IMG/VR virus record: IMGVR_UViG_3300012952_000001
Location: 1 to 57,225 of that record
DNA: 57,225 nucleotides
Reading direction: 5' to 3' (one strand)
Source of the DNA: a virus
Lineage: Duplodnaviria > Caudoviricetes
Part shown: positions 1 through 8,961 of the stretch, piece by piece
Layout: the number at the start of each line of letters is the position of its first letter
How positions within the stretch are numbered: the first letter of the stretch is position 1
Program-made: the position numbers and the translations under genes
Notes under the pieces: generated by a model
Seen by the model: only the letters and a program-made list of their open reading frames with translations
What the model was told of the DNA's origin: nothing
The model's database searches: none

Positions 1-123
1 ATAATGTTTTTTTATTTCTTAAAAACAGGAAGACAATAGTAATATGTCGAGTAGACCATAATAAAACTTTGGTTTGGTGCATACAGGCAAGTGCCACTAG
101 GGGGGTATACGATACGTATATAC
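1..123. repeat. Direct terminal repeat, left copy (123 bp)
   Basis: 1-123 is identical to 57103-57225. Confidence 0.95.
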
Positions 124-237
124 ACATATACACAGATTAGGAAAATTAAGTGTTAACCACATTGTAAATTTGTAAATTTATATACATAAGTGTTGCAAAA
201 ATACAACAATAATAAGTAAAATAATTAATTTTAGGGG

Positions 238-266
238 TTGACAGCGCAGGTACTTTCGTGTATAAT
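238..266 (+). promoter_or_regulatory. sigma70-type promoter
   Basis: TTGACA(238-243)-17 bp-TATAAT(261-266), perfect consensus, at the start of the + arm. Confidence 0.8.
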
Positions 267-397
267 TATATATAATATAACATATTAATATATTATATAA
301 TATATAACTCTAAAAAAGATATACTAATATTAATATACTAATATAATATATTATACACCCCAGTAAAACAGTATTATTCGTACTAATTTAATTTTTT

Positions 398-432
398 TAC
401 TTGACAATGCCTAAAAAATCCGTAAAACTATA
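398..432 (+). promoter_or_regulatory. Variant promoter-like motif TTGACW-N16-TAWAACTATA, copy 1
   Basis: Recurs at 14279 and 22715. Confidence 0.5.
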
Positions 433-619
433 TACAGATAACGTGTTAGATGCTTTTTATGAAGGTATCCGTACTAACACACTACATAAATTACATATAC
501 CCCATAGTGATGTATTCTATGCTCGTGCTGCTATTGAGGCTCGGTATGGAAAAAGGTACAGTTTAAAGCGTGTAGAGGACGCTATGAGAGCTGAAGGGTG
601 GAAAGAAAAGGACGAATAA
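407..619 (+). CDS. Conserved hypothetical phage protein
   Basis: ORF 401..619, likely ATG 407; HIPHSDVFY motif; stop overlaps the next ATG. Confidence 0.7.
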   Translation: MPKKSVKLYTDNVLDAFYEGIRTNTLHKLHIPHSDVFYARAAIEARYGKRYSLKRVEDAMRAEGWKEKDE

Positions 620-1095
620 TGGAAACATTAGCTAATTTAAGAAAATTAATCAAAAAAGAAAACAAATTTCAAAAATTAAGCCCTAAAGAAAAATCATTTT
701 TGTATGCTTACGAAAAAACTTTAGGGGGAGATGTTACTTCTGAACAGCTTGAAGCTGCAAGAGAAAAAATGAATAGTATAGACCTATCTCCTGAAGTAAA
801 AGGTAACTTAAAAAGTATGCTTATGAAGGACCGCAATAGAGAAGAGGCATTAAAAAAAGATAGAGGTGGAGATATATCTAAAAAATCTAATAAAAAAGAT
901 AAAATAGCCGTAATGATAGCCGTAGGTAAACCTAAAATGGCTTACGGTGGCTCTGTAAAGGGTAAAAAACATTTCTATAGTAATGGTGGCTCTGTAAAAG
1001 ATAATGCAGGCTTAATAGCTTTAGGTAAGCAAAGTCCTTCAACCTATAAAAAAATTACAGGTAAAGAATTTAAGAATGAGTACAAAGGTCCGTAA
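619..1095 (+). CDS. Basic hypothetical protein with xxxGG motifs
   Basis: TAATG coupling at 617-621; KMAYGGSV and FYSNGGSV motifs. Confidence 0.75.
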   Translation: METLANLRKLIKKENKFQKLSPKEKSFLYAYEKTLGGDVTSEQLEAAREKMNSIDLSPEVKGNLKSMLMKDRNREEALKKDRGGDISKKSNKKDKIAVMIAVGKPKMAYGGSVKGKKHFYSNGGSVKDNAGLIALGKQSPSTYKKITGKEFKNEYKGP

Positions 1096-1342
1096 GTATA
1101 AAAGTGAGTACGCTCGCTACCAAGCAGCAGATTTACAAAAAAAGAAGAGAGCAGCTCGTAATAAAGCTCGTAGAATGATGGTAAAAGCAGGTGCAGTGCG
1201 CCCTGGAGATAAAAAAGATGTCGCACATAGAAACGGTAATCCTCTAGATAATCGAAGGTCTAATCTTACTGTTCAATCACAAACTAAAAATCGTTCATAC
1301 CCTCGTAATAGAAAAGCAGGTAAACGATTTCATGGCAGCTAA
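1076..1342 (+). CDS. HNH-like endonuclease
   Basis: KDVAH-RNGNPLDN-RRSNL-..NRS, an HNH-type motif. Confidence 0.7.
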   Translation: MSTKVRKYKSEYARYQAADLQKKKRAARNKARRMMVKAGAVRPGDKKDVAHRNGNPLDNRRSNLTVQSQTKNRSYPRNRKAGKRFHGS

Positions 1343-1356
1343 AGGGAGAATGTAAT

Positions 1357-1488
1357 ATGCCAATGCATAAAAAGAAAAAAGGTATGTCTAAAGGTGGCGC
1401 AATGAAGCCTAGAAAAATGATGGGTGGTGGCACTATGATGAAAAAGAAAAAAGGCTATGCTAGAGGTGGAGCTGCTAGACGTAGATAA
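1357..1488 (+). CDS. 43-aa Lys/Met/Gly-rich basic peptide (not in ORF track)
   Basis: GGGAG RBS; MPMHKKKKGMSKGGAMKPRKMMGGGTMMKKKKGYARGGAARRR; TAATG coupling to the next gene. Confidence 0.75.
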   Translation: MPMHKKKKGMSKGGAMKPRKMMGGGTMMKKKKGYARGGAARRR

Positions 1489-2213
1489 TGCCGTATCTCA
1501 TTAGTAACGTACCCCATTTTCATTGTTGGGTACGGAAAGAGTTTACGTCTAATCATTTAAAATACCACGGTGAATTTTTACACGCTATGGTATTTGCAGT
1601 TAATACAATACCTGACAGGTCACTCAGCTTTCAATTAGTATTTACAGGTTGTGAAGCAGACTTTGAAGATGGACCTGATAAAAATATACATGGTGGAGCT
1701 ATGTGGGCTAGAATGCCAATACAAGCACTTGTAGCCGACATACCACTAGATGAATGGTCAGAACCTATGGAAGACCATTTAGCACAACCTTGGGATTGTG
1801 AATCAAGACATCACAGTGTAGTCGTGATGGATAGAGTAAGTTCAAGCCCTTGGCTCTGTAAGATTGGTGGAGAGTTTTACAGGGGTAAATATTTATTTAC
1901 AGTAGACTATACAGATAGCGATATAGCAGATGACCCTGCTCAACATAAACAGTCGCATGTGTTATACTTACTAGACGCAGGGAAATGGACAGGAAATCTT
2001 GTTGCTTTACCTAATAACAGAGTTCGTGCAACAAGTCCTGCTTTGTGGGAAACTGGAGAAGGTGCGCCAGACTTTATGCCGTCTCAGTGGACGCACTCAG
2101 CAGAAAACCACGAAAGTTACCTAGACCCTAGTACAACCTTTGATAATTTATATAATGACAACAAAAGCAAAAAAAGTAATAAAAAAAGTAGCAGGCAAAT
2201 TAAAAAAAGCTAG
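1488..2213 (+). CDS. Conserved hypothetical marine phage protein
   Basis: 241-aa ORF, coupled start, globular composition. Confidence 0.8.
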   Translation: MPYLISNVPHFHCWVRKEFTSNHLKYHGEFLHAMVFAVNTIPDRSLSFQLVFTGCEADFEDGPDKNIHGGAMWARMPIQALVADIPLDEWSEPMEDHLAQPWDCESRHHSVVVMDRVSSSPWLCKIGGEFYRGKYLFTVDYTDSDIADDPAQHKQSHVLYLLDAGKWTGNLVALPNNRVRATSPALWETGEGAPDFMPSQWTHSAENHESYLDPSTTFDNLYNDNKSKKSNKKSSRQIKKS

Positions 2214-2436
2214 TAAAGCTCACGCAGGTCAAGCAAAGGCTTTATCAGCTTTAAAGCTAAATAAAGGTAGCTCTGTAAATAAAGCAGGCAACTACACTAA
2301 ACCTACAATGCGTAAAAGATTATTTAATTCTATTAAGGCAGGTAGTAAAGGTGGAAACCCAGGTCAATGGTCAGCTAGAAAAGCACAGTTACTTGCAAAT
2401 AGATATAAAAAAGCAGGTGGAGGTTATCGTGGATAA
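2155..2436 (+). CDS. Basic protein, N-terminal half of a DUF5872-like domain
   Basis: YTKPTMRKR...KGGNPGQWSARKAQLLA..YKKAGGGY. Confidence 0.7.
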   Translation: MTTKAKKVIKKVAGKLKKASKAHAGQAKALSALKLNKGSSVNKAGNYTKPTMRKRLFNSIKAGSKGGNPGQWSARKAQLLANRYKKAGGGYRG

Positions 2437-2593
2437 TGACTATATGCCTGAAGAAATAAATGACCTACAAAAAATAAATGTAGATATGAAAGAATTACCA
2501 CAACCCACCAAATCTTTCTTTACTTGGTTAGATGATATTACATCTAGAGAAGTAGGGAAAGATTTTTATACGTGGTTATTAGGAGATAAATAA
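2429..2593 (+). CDS. Small hypothetical protein
   Basis: GGAGG RBS then GTG at 2429; internal repeat FFTWL/FYTWL. Confidence 0.55.
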   Translation: MDNDYMPEEINDLQKINVDMKELPQPTKSFFTWLDDITSREVGKDFYTWLLGDK

Positions 2594-3138
2594 TGAAAAA
2601 AAATACCCCAACAAAAAAGAAATCTATTAAAGCCCATAGAGGTAGAATAGTATATGAAGGTAGAAGTCCTAGCCCTTTCCCTAGTCCTTTTCCTAGAAGA
2701 CCTAGAGGACCTAGACCATTTCCTATGCCGTTTAGAAGACCTGGACGACCTAGTATTTTAGGTAGACCTCCTAGAAGACCCCCCACAAAAGACCCTAGAG
2801 TAGGAACTCCTGTCTCATCACCTATGAGACCTACTCAGGTTGCAGAGAGACCTGCTATGAGTGTAGATAGGGTTGCTCCTACACAAAGAGCTACTAGAGT
2901 AGATATTCCTAGATATGCAAACCCTGCTATGTCTAGGGCAGAAGCACAAATGAGAGCAGCACAAGCTAGAGCAAGACGACTAATGCAAGCGGACTTATCA
3001 AATAGATTTCAAGCTGCACAACAACAACGATTAGCTAATAAAGGAATGGTTGTAACTAAAAAATCTATAGGTTCAAATGATTTTAGAAAAGGTGGATTAA
3101 CTTTATCTACAGTTGATAATAGAAAAAAAAGTAGCTAA
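2593..3138 (+). CDS. Pro/Arg-rich basic disordered protein
   Basis: PSPFP/RP repeats; ends DFRKGGLTLSTVDNRKKSS. Confidence 0.75.
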   Translation: MKKNTPTKKKSIKAHRGRIVYEGRSPSPFPSPFPRRPRGPRPFPMPFRRPGRPSILGRPPRRPPTKDPRVGTPVSSPMRPTQVAERPAMSVDRVAPTQRATRVDIPRYANPAMSRAEAQMRAAQARARRLMQADLSNRFQAAQQQRLANKGMVVTKKSIGSNDFRKGGLTLSTVDNRKKSS

Positions 3139-3150
3139 AAAGATAAATAA

Positions 3151-3630
3151 ATGATTGACCCCATCACTCTTTCAGCTGCTGTCACAGGTGCGACTACAGC
3201 CTACAATGCAGTTAAAAAAGCAATAATGCTAGGCAAAGAAGTAGAAGACTTATCTTCTGAACTAGGTCGTTGGATGACAGCTGTAAGTGATGTAGACAAC
3301 GTACATAAAAATGCTAATAATCCAACAACATTTGATAAATTATTTAATGGTTCTATTGAACAAGTAGCAATAGAAAGTTTTTCAGCTAAAAAGAAACTAG
3401 AAAAACAAAGAGAAGAACTACGAAATTTTTTAATTGCTCATTACGGCACACAAGCATGGGATGATTTACTAAGAGAGGAAGGTAGATTACGTAAGGCTAG
3501 ACAAAAAGCCATCTACGCAAAAGAAGAACAACAACGTAAAATAAGGGATTACACTATTATGGGATTAGCTTCTTTAGTAGGTGTAAGTGGTTTAGGTTGG
3601 ATGATATGGTTAATCAGCGTTTCTGTCTAA
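3151..3630 (+). CDS. Coiled-coil protein with C-terminal membrane anchor
   Basis: MIDPITL N-terminus, helical core, hydrophobic C-terminus. Confidence 0.75.
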   Translation: MIDPITLSAAVTGATTAYNAVKKAIMLGKEVEDLSSELGRWMTAVSDVDNVHKNANNPTTFDKLFNGSIEQVAIESFSAKKKLEKQREELRNFLIAHYGTQAWDDLLREEGRLRKARQKAIYAKEEQQRKIRDYTIMGLASLVGVSGLGWMIWLISVSV

Positions 3631-3911
3631 TTGTTTTAATTATTATATGTTTTATTATGCTATTTGGAATAGTAGCATTTTCAAAAGATAAAGAACCTAA
3701 AATGACTACTTGTAGATTAGCAAGTCAGATATTAGGAAATAATCAAAGGGTTTGTGTATTTGTAGGAGCAAATAATACTCAATATAGAGAATACGTACCA
3801 TATGATGCAGGACCTTGTCCTAGACAGTATAAATGTCCTTATAGACCAAATGAAGAACCTTTTGATATTAAAAGTGTAATTAAAAGTATAAAGGAACAAT
3901 TTAGAGACTAA
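3597..3911 (+). CDS. Small membrane-anchored or secreted Cys-containing protein
   Basis: N-terminal hydrophobic stretch; four Cys in the soluble part. Confidence 0.65.
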   Translation: MDDMVNQRFCLIVLIIICFIMLFGIVAFSKDKEPKMTTCRLASQILGNNQRVCVFVGANNTQYREYVPYDAGPCPRQYKCPYRPNEEPFDIKSVIKSIKEQFRD

Positions 3912-4162
3912 TGGCAACATTAAAAAAATCACAAAGGTCATTAAAGGCTTGGGGTAAACAAAAATGGAGAACTAAGTCTGGAAAGCCATCAAAACAAACA
4001 GGTGAAAGATATTTACCTACAGCAGCAATAAAATCACTAAGTCCTCAAGAGTATGCAGCAACGACAAAAGCAAAAAGAAAAGGGACTAGAGCAGGTAAAC
4101 AGTTTACAAAACAACCTAAAGGTATTGCAAAAAAGACTGCACGTTTTAGAAAATTTGCTTGA
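3911..4162 (+). CDS. Basic protein, C-terminal half of a DUF5872-like domain
   Basis: SQRSLKAWGKQKWRTKSGK..GERYLP..GKQF. Confidence 0.7.
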   Translation: MATLKKSQRSLKAWGKQKWRTKSGKPSKQTGERYLPTAAIKSLSPQEYAATTKAKRKGTRAGKQFTKQPKGIAKKTARFRKFA

Positions 4163-4187
4163 CAAACAAGATAATATCCTATATAAT
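4159..4187 (+). promoter_or_regulatory. sigma70-type promoter
   Basis: TTGACA(4159-4164)-17 bp-TATAAT(4182-4187). Confidence 0.7.
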
Positions 4188-4315
4188 AAAGTATATAACA
4201 TATTTAATAAGTGCATTTATGTTATTTATATTATTATATGCGATAACAATGGGAATAATAAACGATATTTGTAGCTGTGCAAACGACTATGCATTAACAA
4301 ACTTATGGAATTAGA

Positions 4316-4495
4316 ATGTTATGGATGTTATTTGTAATACTACATGGAACGGATATACAAGAAAATGTCTACTTCAATGATTTGGATACGTGCCTTGAAT
4401 ATGCAGGGAAAATGCGAGAGCAAGACTTACATCAAAGACAGGCAGGAGACAAAATCTTTCTCAAGGTTTATTGCATACCTAAAGAAAGTGAGTAA
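4316..4495 (+). CDS. 59-aa protein, hydrophobic N-terminus and Cys pair (not in ORF track)
   Basis: MLWMLFVILHG...FNDLDTCLEYA...VYCIPKESE; fills the gap up to 4499. Confidence 0.6.
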   Translation: MLWMLFVILHGTDIQENVYFNDLDTCLEYAGKMREQDLHQRQAGDKIFLKVYCIPKESE

Positions 4496-4498
4496 AAA

Positions 4499-4714
4499 AT
4501 GTGGATTCCAGTAATAACAATATTATGGGCATTGGGTGACAGTGCTACATGGGTAAATTTTCCGATGGTTAATTTTCCTTTTTCATCATCAGATAAATGC
4601 TATACATATATAGAGCATGCAAGAAATAAAATAATACAAGACCCTCAATATTTAAATGGTTACAGTACCTGTATTTATATGGGTGAACCTACAGGTAAAG
4701 GAGAAAATACATGA
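4499..4714 (+). CDS. 71-aa protein, hydrophobic N-terminus and Cys pair
   Basis: FSSSDKCY...YSTCIY; same layout as the preceding ORF. Confidence 0.65.
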   Translation: MWIPVITILWALGDSATWVNFPMVNFPFSSSDKCYTYIEHARNKIIQDPQYLNGYSTCIYMGEPTGKGENT

Positions 4715-4842
4715 TTGATTGGGATAAAATTAAATTTGAAATGTGGAATAAAAGATTTGGTGAAGGAACTAACTTTGACCTAGACTATGGCAAACTGCTT
4801 ATTATAGGTTTATTAGTCTATCACATATTTTTTCAAGGTTAA
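4711..4842 (+). CDS. 43-aa membrane peptide (not in ORF track)
   Basis: AAGGAG RBS; ATGA overlap; MIDWDKIKFEMWNKRFGEGTNFDLDYGKLLIIGLLVYHIFFQG. Confidence 0.65.
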   Translation: MIDWDKIKFEMWNKRFGEGTNFDLDYGKLLIIGLLVYHIFFQG

Positions 4843-4843
4843 T

Positions 4844-5119
4844 ATGGCAGAACGAGTTGACAAAGATAAACTTCCCTGTAATAAACCAAGACGGACTCCT
4901 AACCATCCTACTAAATCACATATTGTAAAAGCATGTGAGGGCGGCAAAGAAAAAATAATTCGTTTTGGTGAACAGGGTGCTAAAACTGCAGGCAAACCTA
5001 AAGCAGGAGAGTCAGCTCGTATGAAAGCAAAACGTAAGTCATTTAAAGCTAGACATGGTAGAAATATTAAAAAGGGTAAAATGTCAGCAGCTTATTGGGC
5101 AGATAAGGTAAAGTGGTAA
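4844..5119 (+). CDS. Conserved basic phage protein (DUF6321-like)
   Basis: KIIRFG...RKSFKARH...SAAYWA motif. Confidence 0.7.
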   Translation: MAERVDKDKLPCNKPRRTPNHPTKSHIVKACEGGKEKIIRFGEQGAKTAGKPKAGESARMKAKRKSFKARHGRNIKKGKMSAAYWADKVKW

Positions 5120-5526
5120 TGCTTGGATTAAGTACAATATTAGGACCTATTAGTAATCTTGCAGGAACTTGGTTACAAGGCAGGATGGATAAAGCTAAAG
5201 CCGAGACAGATGTAAAAGTTGCTCGTGCTAAAGCTGAAGCTAAAGTATATGAAACCGAAGCTACATCTTCTATGCTTATGGAACAGAACCTTACAGCACA
5301 AATGGCAGGTTCTTGGAAAGATGAGTTTTGGACAATAATTTTTGGTGGTATCTTAGTAGGGTGTTTTCTACCTTGGACACAACCATATGTAAAAGAAGGG
5401 TTTGATTTTTTAAATGCAAATACACCTTCTTGGTTTGCTAATTGTTTATACATTAGTATTGGAGCATCTTTTGGTTACAGGTTTGGTAAACAAGGGCTAC
5501 AGATAATGAATAACAGAAAGCAGTAA
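5113..5526 (+). CDS. Putative holin (3TM gene-transfer-release type)
   Basis: SWKDEFWT followed by hydrophobic segments and ASFG.R; upstream of lysozyme. Confidence 0.6.
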   Translation: MVMLGLSTILGPISNLAGTWLQGRMDKAKAETDVKVARAKAEAKVYETEATSSMLMEQNLTAQMAGSWKDEFWTIIFGGILVGCFLPWTQPYVKEGFDFLNANTPSWFANCLYISIGASFGYRFGKQGLQIMNNRKQ

Positions 5527-5527
5527 T

Positions 5528-5782
5528 ATGGCATGTGCGTGTGGAAAAGAAGACTGCAAATGCAGTTCAAATGATTTAATTCCTGATAAAATGGCATATC
5601 AGGTAAACAAAAGGAGGATGGCATGGGTTTTAATTATTCTTATGGGTATTACCACTATCCTGACTTTGGCATTCCCAAACAGACTCGCAGAGGCAGAAAG
5701 TATACTTATGACACAGTATATTTCAATGTGTGGACTGGTTGGAGCATACTTCGGTTTTAGTGCTTTAGGTAGTAAAAAGTGA
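5528..5782 (+). CDS. Two-TM membrane protein, possible holin
   Basis: RRMAW motif, two hydrophobic helices, GAYFG. Confidence 0.6.
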   Translation: MACACGKEDCKCSSNDLIPDKMAYQVNKRRMAWVLIILMGITTILTLAFPNRLAEAESILMTQYISMCGLVGAYFGFSALGSKK

Positions 5783-5955
5783 TTGAAGCAAATGGTTGGG
5801 ATAACCATGAAGATACATTTGAAGAAACAATAAGAAGAGAACTTTTAGCTGCACAGCAAACTATATATATCTTAAAAGAAGATAATAAAGAATTGACAAA
5901 AGCATATTATATATTATTAAAAGAAAATGAGAGACTTAAAACAAAAAAACATTAA
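5779..5955 (+). CDS. 58-aa coiled-coil protein (not in ORF track)
   Basis: GTGA overlap start; MIEANGWDNHEDTFEETIRRELL... Confidence 0.55.
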   Translation: MIEANGWDNHEDTFEETIRRELLAAQQTIYILKEDNKELTKAYYILLKENERLKTKKH

Positions 5956-5961
5956 ATTTTT

Positions 5962-6210
5962 ATGCAGGGGATTTTACAGTATTGGGAACAACTAGTATTT
6001 TTTCTAGGAGCTTTGGTTGTAGCTGTTAAGTTACATACTGAAGTAACTACACTAAGAAAAGATGTTGATAAGTTAGAAGAAGATTGTAAAACTGCTAATG
6101 AAAAAATACAGAATAATTTTGTAAGTTCGGTAAGAACTGAAAGTGCGGTAAAAGAGACGGAGAAAAAAATAGAGTCTTTGTTTCAGCTACATAATAAAAA
6201 GGATATTTAA
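5962..6210 (+). CDS. Membrane-anchored coiled-coil protein
   Basis: N-terminal TM segment plus heptad region, in the lysis cluster. Confidence 0.65.
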   Translation: MQGILQYWEQLVFFLGALVVAVKLHTEVTTLRKDVDKLEEDCKTANEKIQNNFVSSVRTESAVKETEKKIESLFQLHNKKDI

Positions 6211-6665
6211 TGATAACAATTACAGATAGATTAAGAGAGGAACTTAAAATAGATGAAGGATGTAAATACGAAGTATATTTGGACCACCTTGGATTACCTA
6301 CGTTTGGCATCGGACATCTCATCACTAAAGATGACCCTGAGTACCAAATGGGGATGGGGACACCTGTTGATGAAATACGAGTTAACGAAGCCTTCGAACA
6401 AGACATACATGTAACATTAGATGAATGTAGAAAGCTATTTGATGATTGGGATAAACTACCTGAAGAAGTAAGATTAATTACAGCTAATATGATGTTTAAT
6501 ATGGGCAGACCTAGACTATCTCAATTTAAAAAAATGATACAGGCTATTAGAGATGGTGACTGGAATGAAGCAGGAAATCAAATGCAGGACTCAAGATGGT
6601 ACAAACAAGTAACAAACAGAGCAGACAGACTTATATCTCGAATGAAAGCAGTAGGATTGAGTTAA
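6210..6665 (+). CDS. Endolysin, T4-type lysozyme (GH24)
   Basis: DEG..YLD..G.PTFGIGH catalytic E/D/T pattern; FNMG; SRWY.Q..RA. Confidence 0.9.
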   Translation: MITITDRLREELKIDEGCKYEVYLDHLGLPTFGIGHLITKDDPEYQMGMGTPVDEIRVNEAFEQDIHVTLDECRKLFDDWDKLPEEVRLITANMMFNMGRPRLSQFKKMIQAIRDGDWNEAGNQMQDSRWYKQVTNRADRLISRMKAVGLS

Positions 6666-6743
6666 AGAAACAAAAAATAAGAAAGAAACATATAGAAAAC
6701 TTAAAAGAGTTTTTTAAACCTAGAGAAAGAAAGTTTATAAAAC

Positions 6744-7121
6744 ATGGCTAGAAAACTAACAGAAAGACAACAAAAATTTATTGATGCATTATTTGCAGAT
6801 GCAAATGGTAATATTAGAGATGCTAAAGTTATTGCAGGATATTCTCCAAATACAAATAACCAAGAAATAATACAATCTTTAAAAGAAGAAATACTAGAAG
6901 CTACACAAATATATATGGCAAGTAACGCTCCTAAAGCTGCTATGGCTATGGTCGGTGGGTTATATGACCCAACAGAATTAGGTATTAAAGATAAAATGGC
7001 TGCTGCAAAAGAACTATTAGATAGAACTGGATTAATTAAAACAGAAAAAGTACAAGTAGAATCTTCAGGAGGTGTTATGTTAATGCCTGCTAAACAGGTA
7101 GTAAAAGAAGAAGATGAGTAG
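6744..7121 (+). CDS. Putative terminase small subunit
   Basis: LTERQQKF..A..AGYS HTH-like N-terminus; AAKELLDR; upstream of TerL. Confidence 0.65.
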   Translation: MARKLTERQQKFIDALFADANGNIRDAKVIAGYSPNTNNQEIIQSLKEEILEATQIYMASNAPKAAMAMVGGLYDPTELGIKDKMAAAKELLDRTGLIKTEKVQVESSGGVMLMPAKQVVKEEDE

Positions 7122-7530
7122 AAGTTTAGGTAAGTGGAAATTACCTCAACCTGCAGATATTAAAGAAGATAATGAATGGGTATCAATACCTCGTATAGCT
7201 AGAACAATACCATTTGGTTATAAACAAGATAGTGAAGACCCTGATATTTTAAGACCTGTAGCAAAAGAATTAGATTTATTAGAAAAAGCTAGAAAACATA
7301 TAAATCAATATTCCTATAGAGAAGTAGCTAATTGGCTAACAGCTAATACAGGTAGAAATATTTCTCATATAGGTTTAAGAAAAAGATTAATGAATGAAAG
7401 ACGACGTAAGGACAAAGCTAAAAGCATCCGTCAGTGGGCAGAATATGCGGAAAAGGCAATCGCCAAAGCGCATCAAATCGAAACCGAAAGAACAGGTGCA
7501 AATAAAAGAGCAGTCGCTACAGAATCATAA
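7114..7530 (+). CDS. Recombinase-like HTH DNA-binding protein
   Basis: IPFGY...SYREVANWL...ISHIGL pattern. Confidence 0.6.
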   Translation: MSRSLGKWKLPQPADIKEDNEWVSIPRIARTIPFGYKQDSEDPDILRPVAKELDLLEKARKHINQYSYREVANWLTANTGRNISHIGLRKRLMNERRRKDKAKSIRQWAEYAEKAIAKAHQIETERTGANKRAVATES

Positions 7531-8953
7531 TACCTTAGAATCTATACAAGAAGAAGAAGCTAATGTATTATTTAAACCAAACGAAGGACCTCAAACTGAT
7601 TTTTTAGCAGCTTCTGAAAGAGAAGTGTTATATGGTGGTTCTGCAGGAGGTGGTAAAAGTTATGCTATGTTAGCAGACCCTTTGAGATATATGGGTCATC
7701 CACAATTTAGTGGGTTGTTACTTAGACATACAACAGAAGAACTTAGAGAACTTATATTTAAATCTCAAGAGTTATATCCACAAATTTGGAAAGGTATCAA
7801 ATGGTACGAAAGAAAAATGCAGTGGGTAGCACCATCAGGTGCAAGATTATGGATGTCATATCTTGATAGAGATGAAGACGTTATGCGCTATCAAGGTTTG
7901 GCATTTAGTTGGATAGGCTTTGATGAATTAACACAGTGGGCTAGTCCTTTTGCTTGGAATTATATGCGTTCTAGATTACGTTCTACAGCAAATGACTTAC
8001 CAATATTTATGAGAGCTACTACCAACCCAGGGGGTGTAGGTCATCATTGGGTTAAAAAAATGTTTATTGACCCTGCTCCTTACGGAAAGGCATTTAGTGC
8101 AACAGACATTGAAACAGGAGAAGTTCTTAAATACCCATCAGGACATTCTAAAGCAGGCAAATCTTTATTCAAACGGAGATTTATTCCTGCAAGATTATCT
8201 GATAATCCATACCTCTCACAAGGTGGAGACTATGAAGCAATGCTTCTTTCCCTTCCTGAGCAACAAAGAAGACAATTACTTGACGGCGATTGGGATATTA
8301 AAGAGGGTGCAGCATTTACTGAGTTTGATAGGAGTATACATGTTATTGACCCCTATGAAATTCCTAATAACTGGGTTAAATTCCGTGCTTGCGACTACGG
8401 TTATGGTAGTTATTCAGGTGTTCTTTGGTTTGCTGTCTCTCCTGCGGAACAGCTTGTTGTATATCGTGAGCTTTATGTATCAAAGGTTTTAGCGACAGAC
8501 TTAGCAGATATGGTTCTAGATATAGAAGCAGGCGATGGCAATATTAAATATGGAGTATTGGATTCAAGTTTGTGGCATAAAAGAGGAGATACTGGCCCTT
8601 CATTAGCTGAACAAATGATTACTAGAGGGTGTCGTTGGAGACCTTCAGATAGAAGTAAAGGTTCTAGAGTAGCAGGTAAAAACGAAATACATAGAAGATT
8701 ACAGGTAGATGAATTTACAGAAGAACCTAGATTAATATTTTTTAATACCTGTACAAATATAGTGGCACAATTACCGTCTATACCTTTAGATAAAAAGAAT
8801 CCTGAAGATGTAGATACTAAATCTGAAGACCACTTGTATGATGCATTAAGATATGGTATAATGTCAAGACCTAGATTTAGTATATTTGATTATGACCCTA
8901 GAGGCAGACCTACAAAAGGAATGCCTGTAGCTGATACAACATTTGGATATTAA
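7394..8953 (+). CDS. terL: Terminase large subunit
   Basis: Walker A YGGSAGGGKS; Walker B IGFDE; TTNPGG; nuclease DYG and DHLYDALRY. Confidence 0.95.
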   Translation: MKDDVRTKLKASVSGQNMRKRQSPKRIKSKPKEQVQIKEQSLQNHNTLESIQEEEANVLFKPNEGPQTDFLAASEREVLYGGSAGGGKSYAMLADPLRYMGHPQFSGLLLRHTTEELRELIFKSQELYPQIWKGIKWYERKMQWVAPSGARLWMSYLDRDEDVMRYQGLAFSWIGFDELTQWASPFAWNYMRSRLRSTANDLPIFMRATTNPGGVGHHWVKKMFIDPAPYGKAFSATDIETGEVLKYPSGHSKAGKSLFKRRFIPARLSDNPYLSQGGDYEAMLLSLPEQQRRQLLDGDWDIKEGAAFTEFDRSIHVIDPYEIPNNWVKFRACDYGYGSYSGVLWFAVSPAEQLVVYRELYVSKVLATDLADMVLDIEAGDGNIKYGVLDSSLWHKRGDTGPSLAEQMITRGCRWRPSDRSKGSRVAGKNEIHRRLQVDEFTEEPRLIFFNTCTNIVAQLPSIPLDKKNPEDVDTKSEDHLYDALRYGIMSRPRFSIFDYDPRGRPTKGMPVADTTFGY

Positions 8954-8961
8954 GGAAAATT

